This document shows, in pieces, positions 18,982 through 26,996 of a stretch of DNA of 64,000 bases. The position numbers and the translations under genes are program-made. The stretch is from Rickettsia typhi (GTDB lineage: Bacteria > Pseudomonadota > Alphaproteobacteria > Rickettsiales > UBA1997), in contig CAMAXU010000001.1 of the NCBI GenBank assembly GCA_945862455.1, positions 15,124 through 79,123 of the forward strand, written 5' to 3'. How positions within the stretch are numbered: the first letter of the stretch is position 1; each line of letters starts with the position of its first letter. The notes below the pieces were generated by a model that had not been told where the DNA came from, searched no databases, and saw nothing but the letters and a program-made list of their open reading frames with translations.

Positions 18982-19970
18982 TGAAAATAGAAAAATTAAA
19001 AATCGAAAGCCAAAAGCTAGATTTGAATTTAAAATTTTACTTAATTTTAAAAAATTTAGTGAAAGCAAAGCTTGCAGAGTCACAGATTTACAGCCTTTTA
19101 GAAAAAATATCTTTGGGCGTTAATTGGTTTGAGGCGATAAAAAATATTAAAAAAATTCAAGCAACAGAAGCTTTGGAGCTTTTATTTGAGCAACTAGATT
19201 TCGAAAATGATTTAGAAATTCTTGTCTTTGGTTTAAAACTTTACCTTTGCAAAGACTTGCTTTTGAAAGAAGCAAAAATCAGCGATATTACAAATATTGA
19301 TAAGTTAAAAATTTTAGATCCTTTATCTTTGGGATATGATAAAATTTCAGTCCAAAAGCCCTACCAAACAAGGGTTAACGGGGCTTTGTTGGCTCTTTTA
19401 TTTTTCGAAAAATTAGAAAAAAGCCAAACTAATTTTATGTCACAAGACGCCGCCGATTTTGTAAGTGGTCTTTCCGAAGTTGTGATTAAGCTAAAAAAAC
19501 AAGGGCTTGAGCCAAATCAAATTTTTATGTTGATGTTTTCTGAAAGCATAAATCAGTCTATCATTTCTGATTCTGGATTGAATTACGAAGATAGAATTTT
19601 GATTGTGCTTAAAAAAATTGGAATCGATGAAAAAAATATTAAAAAAACTCATGATAAAAACGACCGAAGCACCGAGTTTGATTTTTTCTTTGAAATAGAC
19701 AAAAGAAGCTACGGCATTGGCGCAAAAAGAACTCTTCGAGAAAGATATAAGCAATTTATCAAAACTGCTCAAATGAGTAAAATAGATGTTATGATTCAAA
19801 TTACTCTTGGATTGGATTTAAACGAAGAAAAGGCAAAAATAATTAACCAAAATGGTGTTTATCTTTTTGTTGCAGACGAAATCTACGAATCGAGAACTTT
19901 TTTGCATAAGTTAGAAGGGGTTTATTCGGTAAAAAATTTTAACATCGAAACCCTTAAATCTCTCAAATAA
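18981..19970 (+). CDS. Putative type II restriction endonuclease (cognate partner of the C5-MTase)
   Basis: 329 aa with no family I recognise. The call rests on context (ATGA overlap with the MTase stop, same inserted unit) and on a possible PD-(D/E)xK-like stretch, EFDFFFEIDKRSYGIGAKR. Confidence 0.5.
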   Translation: MKIEKLKIESQKLDLNLKFYLILKNLVKAKLAESQIYSLLEKISLGVNWFEAIKNIKKIQATEALELLFEQLDFENDLEILVFGLKLYLCKDLLLKEAKISDITNIDKLKILDPLSLGYDKISVQKPYQTRVNGALLALLFFEKLEKSQTNFMSQDAADFVSGLSEVVIKLKKQGLEPNQIFMLMFSESINQSIISDSGLNYEDRILIVLKKIGIDEKNIKKTHDKNDRSTEFDFFFEIDKRSYGIGAKRTLRERYKQFIKTAQMSKIDVMIQITLGLDLNEEKAKIINQNGVYLFVADEIYESRTFLHKLEGVYSVKNFNIETLKSLK

Positions 19971-19997
19971 AATTCATCTAATCAATTTTTCTAAAAC

Positions 19998-21314
19998 ATG
20001 ATCCCTCGCTATTCCCGCTCGGAAATGACCAAAATTTGGTCGCAAGAAAATAAATATAATATCTGGTTTGATATCGAGATTTACGCGCTCGAAGCCTTAG
20101 AAAAACTTGGCGTTGCCGACAAAGGTTCCGCCTCGCGCATTCGCGAAAATTTCGCCAAAGCTGGTGGAAAATTTGATGCAGCTCGCGTTGATGAAATCGA
20201 ATCTGTAACTAAGCATGATGTTATCGCATTTCTAACTCATTTGGCGGAATTAGTCGGCGAAAATTCGCGTTTCATTCATCTTGGAATGACCAGCTCCGAC
20301 GTGCTTGATACTTGCCTTTCGGCGCAACTTTCGCAAGCTTCCGACATTTTAATTGATGATTTAGAAAGGCTTTTAAGCGCAATAAAAAAACGCGCTTTTG
20401 AACATAAAAACACCGTTTGCGTTGGTCGTTCGCACGGCATTCACGCTGAACCCGTGACTTTCGGATTAAAATTGGCGCGCTTCTACGCTGAATTTGAAAG
20501 AAATTTGCGCCGTTTAAAAGAAGCAAAAAAAGAAATTTCAGTTTGTGCAATTTCTGGCGCAGTTGGAACATTCGCCAATGTTGATCCTTTTGTGCAAAAA
20601 TATGTCGCCCAAAAAATGGGTTTGGATGAAGAATCTGTTTCCAGCCAAATTATTCCGCGCGACCGCCACGCCGCTTATTTCGCGGTTTTGGGAGTTATTG
20701 CTTCATCAATCGAAAATCTGGCAATTGAAATTCGTCATTTACAACGCACTGAAGTTTTGGAAGCGGAAGAATTTTTCTCCAAAGGTCAAAAAGGCTCTTC
20801 AGCAATGCCGCATAAAAGAAATCCGGTTTTAAGTGAAAATTTAACTGGCTTGGCGCGCATGGTTAGAAGCGCGGTAATTCCGGCAATGGAAAATGTTGCC
20901 AGTTGGCATGAGCGCGATATTTCGCATTCTTCGGTGGAAAGAATGATCGCTCCGGACTCAACAATTACACTCGATTTTGCGCTTAATCGTTTGGTTGGCT
21001 TAATTGACAATCTAGTTGTTCACGAAAAAAACATGCAAAAAAACCTCGATAAATTAGGTGGTTTGGTTTTTTCACAACGCGTGCTTCTAACCTTGATTGA
21101 AGAGGCAAAAATCAGCCGCGAAGATGCTTATAAAATTGTACAAACCAATGCCATGAAAATTTGGGCTGGTGAAGCGACGAGCTTTTTAGAATTGTTAAAA
21201 TCTGACCAAGAAATTGTTGATAAATTAGGTGTAAAAAAACTCGAAGAAATTTTCGACATAACCTATCACACCAAAAATATTGATCATATTTTTAAACAGG
21301 TTTTTAAAAGTTAA
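19998..21314 (+). CDS. purB: Adenylosuccinate lyase
   Basis: Full-length fumarate-lyase-family pattern: MTSSDVLDT, GRSHGIHAEPVTFG and the signature SSAMPHKRNP. Confidence 0.95.
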   Translation: MIPRYSRSEMTKIWSQENKYNIWFDIEIYALEALEKLGVADKGSASRIRENFAKAGGKFDAARVDEIESVTKHDVIAFLTHLAELVGENSRFIHLGMTSSDVLDTCLSAQLSQASDILIDDLERLLSAIKKRAFEHKNTVCVGRSHGIHAEPVTFGLKLARFYAEFERNLRRLKEAKKEISVCAISGAVGTFANVDPFVQKYVAQKMGLDEESVSSQIIPRDRHAAYFAVLGVIASSIENLAIEIRHLQRTEVLEAEEFFSKGQKGSSAMPHKRNPVLSENLTGLARMVRSAVIPAMENVASWHERDISHSSVERMIAPDSTITLDFALNRLVGLIDNLVVHEKNMQKNLDKLGGLVFSQRVLLTLIEEAKISREDAYKIVQTNAMKIWAGEATSFLELLKSDQEIVDKLGVKKLEEIFDITYHTKNIDHIFKQVFKS

Positions 21315-22498
21315 TGCCAAGCAAAAATTACGACGTTGTAATTATCGGCGCAGGAGCTGCGGGCTTAATGTGCGCAGCGGTTGCGGGAAAAAGAGGTCGT
21401 AATGTTTTGTTGGTTGATCACGCCAAATCTGTTGGTGATAAAATCCGCATTTCAGGTGGCGGTAGATGTAATTTTACTAATCTTTTTACGACTGCGAAAA
21501 ACTTCATTTCCAGCAATTCGCATTTTTGCGTTTCAGCTTTGCAACGCTTTACGCAGCATGATTTTATTGCGATGGTAAAAAAACATGAAATTGCTTTTCA
21601 TGAAAAAACTTTGGGGCAATTATTTTGTGATGTTTCATCGCGCCAAATTATTGAAATGTTGCTCAAAGAATGTGCGGAAGGAAATGTTGAAATCCAGCTT
21701 GAGAGTAAGGTTGAGGAGATAAAAAAATCAGGAAATATTTTTGAATTAAAAATCAAAAATGAGGAAATAAATTGCCAATCTTTAGTTGTTGCAACTGGCG
21801 GACTTTCAATTCCAAAAATGGGCGCAACTGCTTTTGGATATGATGTGGCGCGCCAATTTGGATTAAAAATTATTCAAACAACTCCAGCTTTAGTTCCATT
21901 TACGCTTGATGAAAAAATGCTAAAAGAAACCGTAAATCTTGCCGGTGTTTCAGTCGATGCAATTGTTGCTTGTGGTAAAATAAGTTTTCGTGAAGCAATT
22001 CTTTTTACTCATCGTGGAATCAGCGGTCCAGCGATTTTGCAGGTTTCATCTTACTGGAAACATGGCGATAAAATTACCATAAATTTAGCACCCGAAATTG
22101 ATGTTTTTATAAAAATTCAGGCAGAAAAAAAATCCAAACCAAAACAGGAATTACCAACATTTTTAGCAACATTTTTGCCAAAAAGTCTGGCAAATTATTT
22201 GGCGCAAAAAAGTGGATTTAGTGGAAATTTAGCTGATTTTTCGAACCAAAAATTAAAAGAAATTGCCAGTTTGGTAAATGCCTTTGAACTTACTCCAAGC
22301 GGTACTGAAGGCTATGCTAAAGCCGAAGTAACTTTGGGCGGAATTAATGTGGATCAAATTTCTTCTAAAACTTTTGAGGCAAAATTGGTGCCGAATTTAT
22401 TTTTTATCGGCGAAGTTTTGGACGTAACTGGTTGGCTCGGAGGTTTTAATTTTCAATGGGCTTGGGCTTCAGGCAAGGCGGCGGGAGAAAATGTTTAA
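21314..22498 (+). CDS. NAD(P)/FAD-dependent oxidoreductase, HI0933/BaiN-like flavoprotein
   Basis: Dinucleotide fold DVVIIGAGAAGLMCA, ISGGGRCNFTN, and the C-terminus GEVLDVTGWLGGFNFQWAWASG typical of this family. Confidence 0.8.
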   Translation: MPSKNYDVVIIGAGAAGLMCAAVAGKRGRNVLLVDHAKSVGDKIRISGGGRCNFTNLFTTAKNFISSNSHFCVSALQRFTQHDFIAMVKKHEIAFHEKTLGQLFCDVSSRQIIEMLLKECAEGNVEIQLESKVEEIKKSGNIFELKIKNEEINCQSLVVATGGLSIPKMGATAFGYDVARQFGLKIIQTTPALVPFTLDEKMLKETVNLAGVSVDAIVACGKISFREAILFTHRGISGPAILQVSSYWKHGDKITINLAPEIDVFIKIQAEKKSKPKQELPTFLATFLPKSLANYLAQKSGFSGNLADFSNQKLKEIASLVNAFELTPSGTEGYAKAEVTLGGINVDQISSKTFEAKLVPNLFFIGEVLDVTGWLGGFNFQWAWASGKAAGENV

Positions 22499-22585
22499 GA
22501 TTATTTTGATGTATAAAAAAAGAGTATTGATGATTTTGTAACGCTCGCCACAATTAAAAAATCAATTAACAAAATAAAAATTAAT

Positions 22586-22777
22586 ATGTCAGAAAACAAA
22601 AAGACTGCAGAATTTAAGCCAGTAAAAAAACTTTCGCCATTTGTTAGCGATCCTTTCAACACTAGAGGCGGCAAAGGCGGCAAAGGAAATATTATGGCGG
22701 CTTCCGGAGTTAAAGGCGGCGGTAAAAAAATTAACGTTTCAACCCTTAAAAAAGGTGGCAGCGGCGGAGATCGTTAG
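22586..22777 (+). CDS. Small Gly/Lys-rich protein, KGG-repeat stress-protein-like
   Basis: 63 aa: ...NTRGGKGGKGNIMAASGVKGGGKKINVSTLKKGGSGGDR. The repeated KGG motif recalls the YciG/KGG family. It conflicts with an antisense 60-aa ORF, which I reject. Confidence 0.4.
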   Translation: MSENKKTAEFKPVKKLSPFVSDPFNTRGGKGGKGNIMAASGVKGGGKKINVSTLKKGGSGGDR

Positions 22778-22779
22778 TG

Positions 22780-22924
22780 AACTAAGCTCAGAATGACTAT
22801 GCCAAATTAACTATCTATTGATAGAGCTAACGAAGTATTTTTGAGGAAAAATTGCGACTGGAAATGTAAGCTGTATCAAGTGATAGCTAATTTGGTACAT
22901 GAGTTAGTTTGAAAAATTTTTGAG
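22780..22924. repeat. Composite repeat: a copy of the AGATCCTGAA-family tail interrupted by a 94-bp TIR (MITE-like) element
   Basis: The TIRs ccaaattaactatc (22802-22815) and gatagctaatttgg (22882-22895) match as inverse complements at 13 of 14 positions. The flanks ...cagaatgactatg and atgagttagtttgaaaaatttttgag are contiguous in the uninterrupted copy at 59709-59746 (reverse complement). Confidence 0.65.
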
Positions 22925-22984
22925 AAATAGCTCCATTTTTTTAATTATGCCTCATCCCGCATGTCTATGGGAAACGCGGGTAAT

Positions 22985-23362
22985 TTAATTATTGTTAGAT
23001 TTTTTTCTACTCACAAAATCAAGCGAAATCGAATTTACGCAATATCTGGCATTCTTATTCGTAAATCCTTCGCCATGAAAAATATGACCCAAATGCCCGC
23101 CACATTTTTTGCATAAAATCTCAATTCTTCTGCCATCGGCATCGGTAATTTTTGCAACCGAATTCGGAACTTCATCATCAAAACTTGGCCAACCGCAATG
23201 CGATTCAAACTTGTCTTCGCTAGTAAAAAGTTCGGCAGCGCATTGCTTGCAATGATATTTTCCTTCGCGTTTATTTTCATAAAGCTCGCCGCTAAAAGGC
23301 GCTTCAGTTCCTTTATGTAAAATCACATGCTCTTCTTGTGGACTTAATTTTTTTAAGTTCAT
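22985..23362 (-). CDS. msrB: Peptide-methionine (R)-S-oxide reductase
   Basis: Two CxxC zinc pairs ([20 protein letters not shown]) and the catalytic RYCVNS. Confidence 0.95.
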   Translation of the reverse strand: MNLKKLSPQEEHVILHKGTEAPFSGELYENKREGKYHCKQCAAELFTSEDKFESHCGWPSFDDEVPNSVAKITDADGRRIEILCKKCGGHLGHIFHGEGFTNKNARYCVNSISLDFVSRKKSNNN

Positions 23363-23398
23363 AATTACCTAAATTCTTTAAAAAATTATTTGATTAAA

Positions 23399-25198
23399 AT
23401 GCAGCATAAATCGCCAACAGAAATTCTCAAAACTACCTTTGGTTACGATAATTTTCGTGGCAATCAAGAAGAAATAATTAATCACGTAATTTCTGGCAAT
23501 AATTGCTTTGTAATGATGCCAACGGGTGGAGGAAAATCTTTGTGTTATCAAATCCCAGCTTTGTATCGCGAAGGTTTGGCAATTGTGGTGTCGCCATTAA
23601 TTGCTTTAATGCAAGATCAAGTTGGCGCTTTAAAAGAAGCGGGAGTAAACGCGGCGGCGATTAATTCGGGAATGACTTCCGAGCAAAATTGGCAAGTAAA
23701 AAAACAGATTCAAAATGGTGAGCTAGATTTACTTTACGTTGCGCCAGAAAGATTATTGATGGAAGAGTTTTTACAATTTTTATCGGAATTAAAAATTTCA
23801 CTTTTTGCAATTGACGAAGCGCATTGCGTTTCACAATGGGGTCATGATTTTCGTCCGGTTTATACTGAGCTTTCGATTTTGGCAAAAAAATTTCCAAATG
23901 TGCCGCGAATAGCTTTGACAGCAACTGCAGACACTCCAACCAAAAAAGATATTGTGGAAAAACTGGGTCTAAAAAATGATCGGATTTTTACAGCCAGTTT
24001 TGATCGCCCAAATATAAATTACGCAATTGTGCCGCGCCAAAATAGTAAAAAACAATTGCTCGAATTCATCACAGAAAATCATCAAAATGACAGCGGAATT
24101 GTTTATTGCCTGTCGCGCAAAAATGTTGAAGAAACGGCGGATTGGATGAAGGAAGAAGGCTTTAATGTTTTTCCATATCACGCCGGAATGACGTCGGAAA
24201 AACGCCAGAAAAATTTAAAAAAGTTTTTGCTAGAAGATGCGGTAATCATGGTTGCAACCATAGCTTTCGGCATGGGAATTGATAAGCCAGATGTGCGTTT
24301 TGTGGCGCATATGAATGTGCCAAAAAATATCGAAGCCTATTATCAAGAAACCGGAAGAGCGGGGCGCGACGGGCTGCCAGCAAGCGCTTGGATGTCTTAC
24401 GGACTTGCCGATATTGCAACTCAACGCAATTTTATTGAGGAATCAAACGCGCCAGAAAATCAAAAAAGAATTGAAAGGCAAAAGCTGAATTATTTGCTTG
24501 GTCTTTGTGAAGCTTCAACTTGTCGCCGCCAAATTTTGCTCGAATATTTCGGAGATTCCTGCGCACCTTGCGGCAATTGCGATAATTGCGCTCTCAAGCC
24601 CGAAACTTTTGACGCAACTATCGCGGCGCAAAAAGCAATTTCTTGTGTTCATCGAACCGGACAAAGGTTTGGCGTGGCTTATTTGATTGATGTTTTGCTT
24701 GGAGCGGATGATCAAAGAATCAAAAATTTTCAACATGATCAGCTTAGTGTTTTTGGTGTTGGAAAAGAATTTTCGAAAGTGGAATGGCAAAGTATTTTTC
24801 GCCAATTAGCGGCGATGAATTTACTAAAAGTTGACATTGTTGGACATGGCGGTTTGCAGATTACAGATGTGGGAAGAAAATTTTTGCAGGAAAAAAACAT
24901 GCTGCAAATGCGAAAATATTCTGGGAAAATTAAAATTAAAACTGCTGCTAAAGTTAAGACTGGTCTGGCTTTGGATGGTGATTTTGAAAATGAATTATTT
25001 ACAAAATTAAAAGCAAAAAGATTTGAAATTGCCAAAGCACAAAACATGCCGCCTTATGTTATTTTTCATGACAAGACTTTGCTTGAGATGATAAAAATAA
25101 AGCCGAAAAATTTGCAGGATATGCTGAAAATAAGCGGTGTCGGTGAGGCGAAAGTGCAGAAATATGGAGAAGTATTTTTGAATATTTTGCTTGGATAA
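23399..25198 (+). CDS. recQ: ATP-dependent DNA helicase RecQ
   Basis: [44 protein letters not shown], the zinc-binding C-x-C cluster ([23 protein letters not shown]) and a C-terminal HRDC domain. The ATG at 23399 is preferred over the TTG at 23390. Confidence 0.95.
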   Translation: MQHKSPTEILKTTFGYDNFRGNQEEIINHVISGNNCFVMMPTGGGKSLCYQIPALYREGLAIVVSPLIALMQDQVGALKEAGVNAAAINSGMTSEQNWQVKKQIQNGELDLLYVAPERLLMEEFLQFLSELKISLFAIDEAHCVSQWGHDFRPVYTELSILAKKFPNVPRIALTATADTPTKKDIVEKLGLKNDRIFTASFDRPNINYAIVPRQNSKKQLLEFITENHQNDSGIVYCLSRKNVEETADWMKEEGFNVFPYHAGMTSEKRQKNLKKFLLEDAVIMVATIAFGMGIDKPDVRFVAHMNVPKNIEAYYQETGRAGRDGLPASAWMSYGLADIATQRNFIEESNAPENQKRIERQKLNYLLGLCEASTCRRQILLEYFGDSCAPCGNCDNCALKPETFDATIAAQKAISCVHRTGQRFGVAYLIDVLLGADDQRIKNFQHDQLSVFGVGKEFSKVEWQSIFRQLAAMNLLKVDIVGHGGLQITDVGRKFLQEKNMLQMRKYSGKIKIKTAAKVKTGLALDGDFENELFTKLKAKRFEIAKAQNMPPYVIFHDKTLLEMIKIKPKNLQDMLKISGVGEAKVQKYGEVFLNILLG

Positions 25199-25241
25199 AA
25201 ATCGAATATTCGGTATTTCAGTTTTGTGAAAATCAAAATAC

Positions 25242-25280
25242 AAAAAACCACGCCAATCCTAAAATTGACGTGGTTTTTTT
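25242..25280. terminator. Bidirectional rho-independent terminator between the convergent recQ and the DbpA-domain gene
   Basis: aaaaaaccacg-ccaatcctaaaattga-cgtggttttttt: a stem flanked by an A-run and a T-run. Confidence 0.6.
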
Positions 25281-25409
25281 ATCTATAACCAAACTTGATT
25301 GAAGAAATCAATTTTTAAAAATCAAAAAATTATTGCGGATGCAGCGATTTAATGGCTGCGCAGCAATTCAAAATTTACCAAATTCGACAAAGTCGAATTT
25401 GATTTATCA

Positions 25410-26003
25410 TTAATAATCTTTGCGATCATTTCTATATCCGCCACCGAAGCTATTGCCTCTGTTATCGTCTCTACTATCTCTTCTGCCTGAATTGCCGCCG
25501 AACCCGCCGCTATTTCTGCGATCAGAATTATTGCCGCCGCCGAATCCACCACTTCTGCGTTCGCCGCGATCGTTATTATTGCGGTCACCGAAGCTTCTGC
25601 GACCGTCATTTCTGCGTTCGCCGCCACGAGATGCATTTGGATCCTTCTTTTTAGCTTTAGAAACCAAAGGACGACCTTCGCCAGCTTTTTCTAAAAAGAA
25701 ATCCAAGATCATGTCAGCATCTTCATGCGAAACTGCGAAAAATGAAAATGCATCTAAAATTTTTATGTTGCTAATCGAGCTGCCTTCAATTCCAGTTTGC
25801 GCTGAAATAAATTCAATTAATGAACCAGCATCCATTTCGTCATTGCGACCTTTGGCGATGAAAAGCTGAGTTTTGCTTTCATCATCTCTAAAATTGTTAT
25901 TGCGGTTATTGTCGCGTCTTTCATAGCCGCGATTGTCATCACGCTCATTTGATTGGGAGTAATAATCGTTGCGATTGTCGCGCGAGTTGTAGTTATCGTT
26001 CAT
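25410..26003 (-). CDS. Stand-alone DbpA/DeaD-C-terminal-type RNA-binding domain protein with R/G/N/D-rich disordered tails
   Basis: The core QLFIAKGRNDEMDAGSLIEFISAQTGIEGSSISNIKILDAFSFFAVSHEDADMILDFF is clearly paralogous to aa ~478-535 of the helicase at 11231-12889. It is flanked by RDN repeats (N-terminal) and RGG/GGF repeats (C-terminal). Confidence 0.7.
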   Translation of the reverse strand: MNDNYNSRDNRNDYYSQSNERDDNRGYERRDNNRNNNFRDDESKTQLFIAKGRNDEMDAGSLIEFISAQTGIEGSSISNIKILDAFSFFAVSHEDADMILDFFLEKAGEGRPLVSKAKKKDPNASRGGERRNDGRRSFGDRNNNDRGERRSGGFGGGNNSDRRNSGGFGGNSGRRDSRDDNRGNSFGGGYRNDRKDY

Positions 26004-26161
26004 GTTATTTTTGAAATATTTATTTAATTGGGCTTAAATACTGTGATTGTAGTGATCGTGACATGAAGAAAGATGCGAATCGGGAATTTAAAACTAACAG
26101 ATTGGCACCAACTGGTCATAACAAAACCATTCTTAAAGTGCTAGCAATAGCAGCTTAAGAA

Positions 26162-26236
<75 letters not shown>

Positions 26237-26424
26237 AAATATTCTCTGGTTGTATGAAGAAAATGATTCTAACAAAAAAGAGGGCGGTTTTTTAGGAGTT
26301 GGCTTTGCTGAAGTCAACAAGCTTTTAAAATTTTTGTTACAAAAAGCGTTTTAAAAGCTTCCTTGCAAGAGTAATTATTAAGCCAGTTTTCAATTGACAA
26401 TCAGCAGTAAAATTCCATAAATTC

Positions 26425-26570
26425 TGGCGCTGTCGCAAATCAACTTTTTCGTCGAACTTTTCGCAATTCTAAATTTTTTGAAACGCACGTACATCTAGGT
26501 ACGCTTACCTTTCAAAAAATTTAGAATCACAAAAATTTCTTAGAAAAACTTGATTTACGCGACAGCGCCA
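26425..26570. repeat. 146-bp full-length palindromic element (MITE/RPE-like), family member 1
   Basis: Termini tggcgctgtcgc / gcgacagcgcca. The arms ...aattctaaattttttgaaa / tttcaaaaaatttagaat... are about 80% inverse-complementary. Centre is cgcacgtacatctaggtacgc. A ttc trinucleotide flanks both ends. Confidence 0.8.
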
Positions 26571-26606
26571 TTCTAGAGCCCGTATTTAATCAATTTTTCA
26601 TAAGTT

Positions 26607-26996
26607 ATGAGCGATCTCCAAGAAATCATTAAGCTGTCAGATCAGATCACCAAAAATTCTGATTTATTAGTAAATAAAATCGCCGAACTTAGCTATTCTG
26701 CAGCTCACGGTGGCGGAATTGATCCATTTATTTTTGGTCTTACTGTTTTTATTTTAGCTTGTTTTGTCGGATATTTTGTAGTCTGGAAAGTTACTCCCGC
26801 ACTTCACACGCCTTTAATGGCAGTGACTAATGCCATTTCTGGTGTAATTGTGGTTGGGGCTATGATTGCTCTTGGCTCGGTTAAGGATTTTTCTCTAATT
26901 TCAATTCTCAGCTTTTTTGCTATTGTAATTGCTTCAATCAATATTTTTGGCGGTTTCTTCGTTACTTGGCGCATGTTGCAGATGTTTAAAAAATAA
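26607..26996 (+). CDS. pntAB: NAD(P) transhydrogenase subunit alpha part 2 (membrane PntAB)
   Basis: [48 protein letters not shown] is the conserved PntA C-terminal TM domain. Confidence 0.85.
   Translation: MSDLQEIIKLSDQITKNSDLLVNKIAELSYSAAHGGGIDPFIFGLTVFILACFVGYFVVWKVTPALHTPLMAVTNAISGVIVVGAMIALGSVKDFSLISILSFFAIVIASINIFGGFFVTWRMLQMFKK

Larger units (their letters stand above)
17887..19997 (+). mobile_element. Inserted type II restriction-modification unit (M+R) flanked by a 115-bp direct duplication of the purB 5' end
   Basis: A 2.1-kb segment holding only the methyltransferase and a co-directional ORF that overlaps it by 1 nt. It is bounded by the two purB 5' copies. Confidence 0.75.

Noticed and set aside
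22501-22683. 60-aa minus-strand ORF overlapping the KGG mini-protein
   Set aside because: It would start inside the opposite ORF with no supporting motif. The plus-strand reading at least matches a known repeat type. Both remain low confidence.
25349-25869. ORFs 25349..25636 (-) and 25420..25869 (+) overlapping the DbpA-domain gene
   Set aside because: These are alternative-frame readings of the repetitive RGG/RDN-coding DNA (poly-A/E/I or poly-P/L/S peptides). Only the 25410..26003 frame contains a recognisable folded domain.
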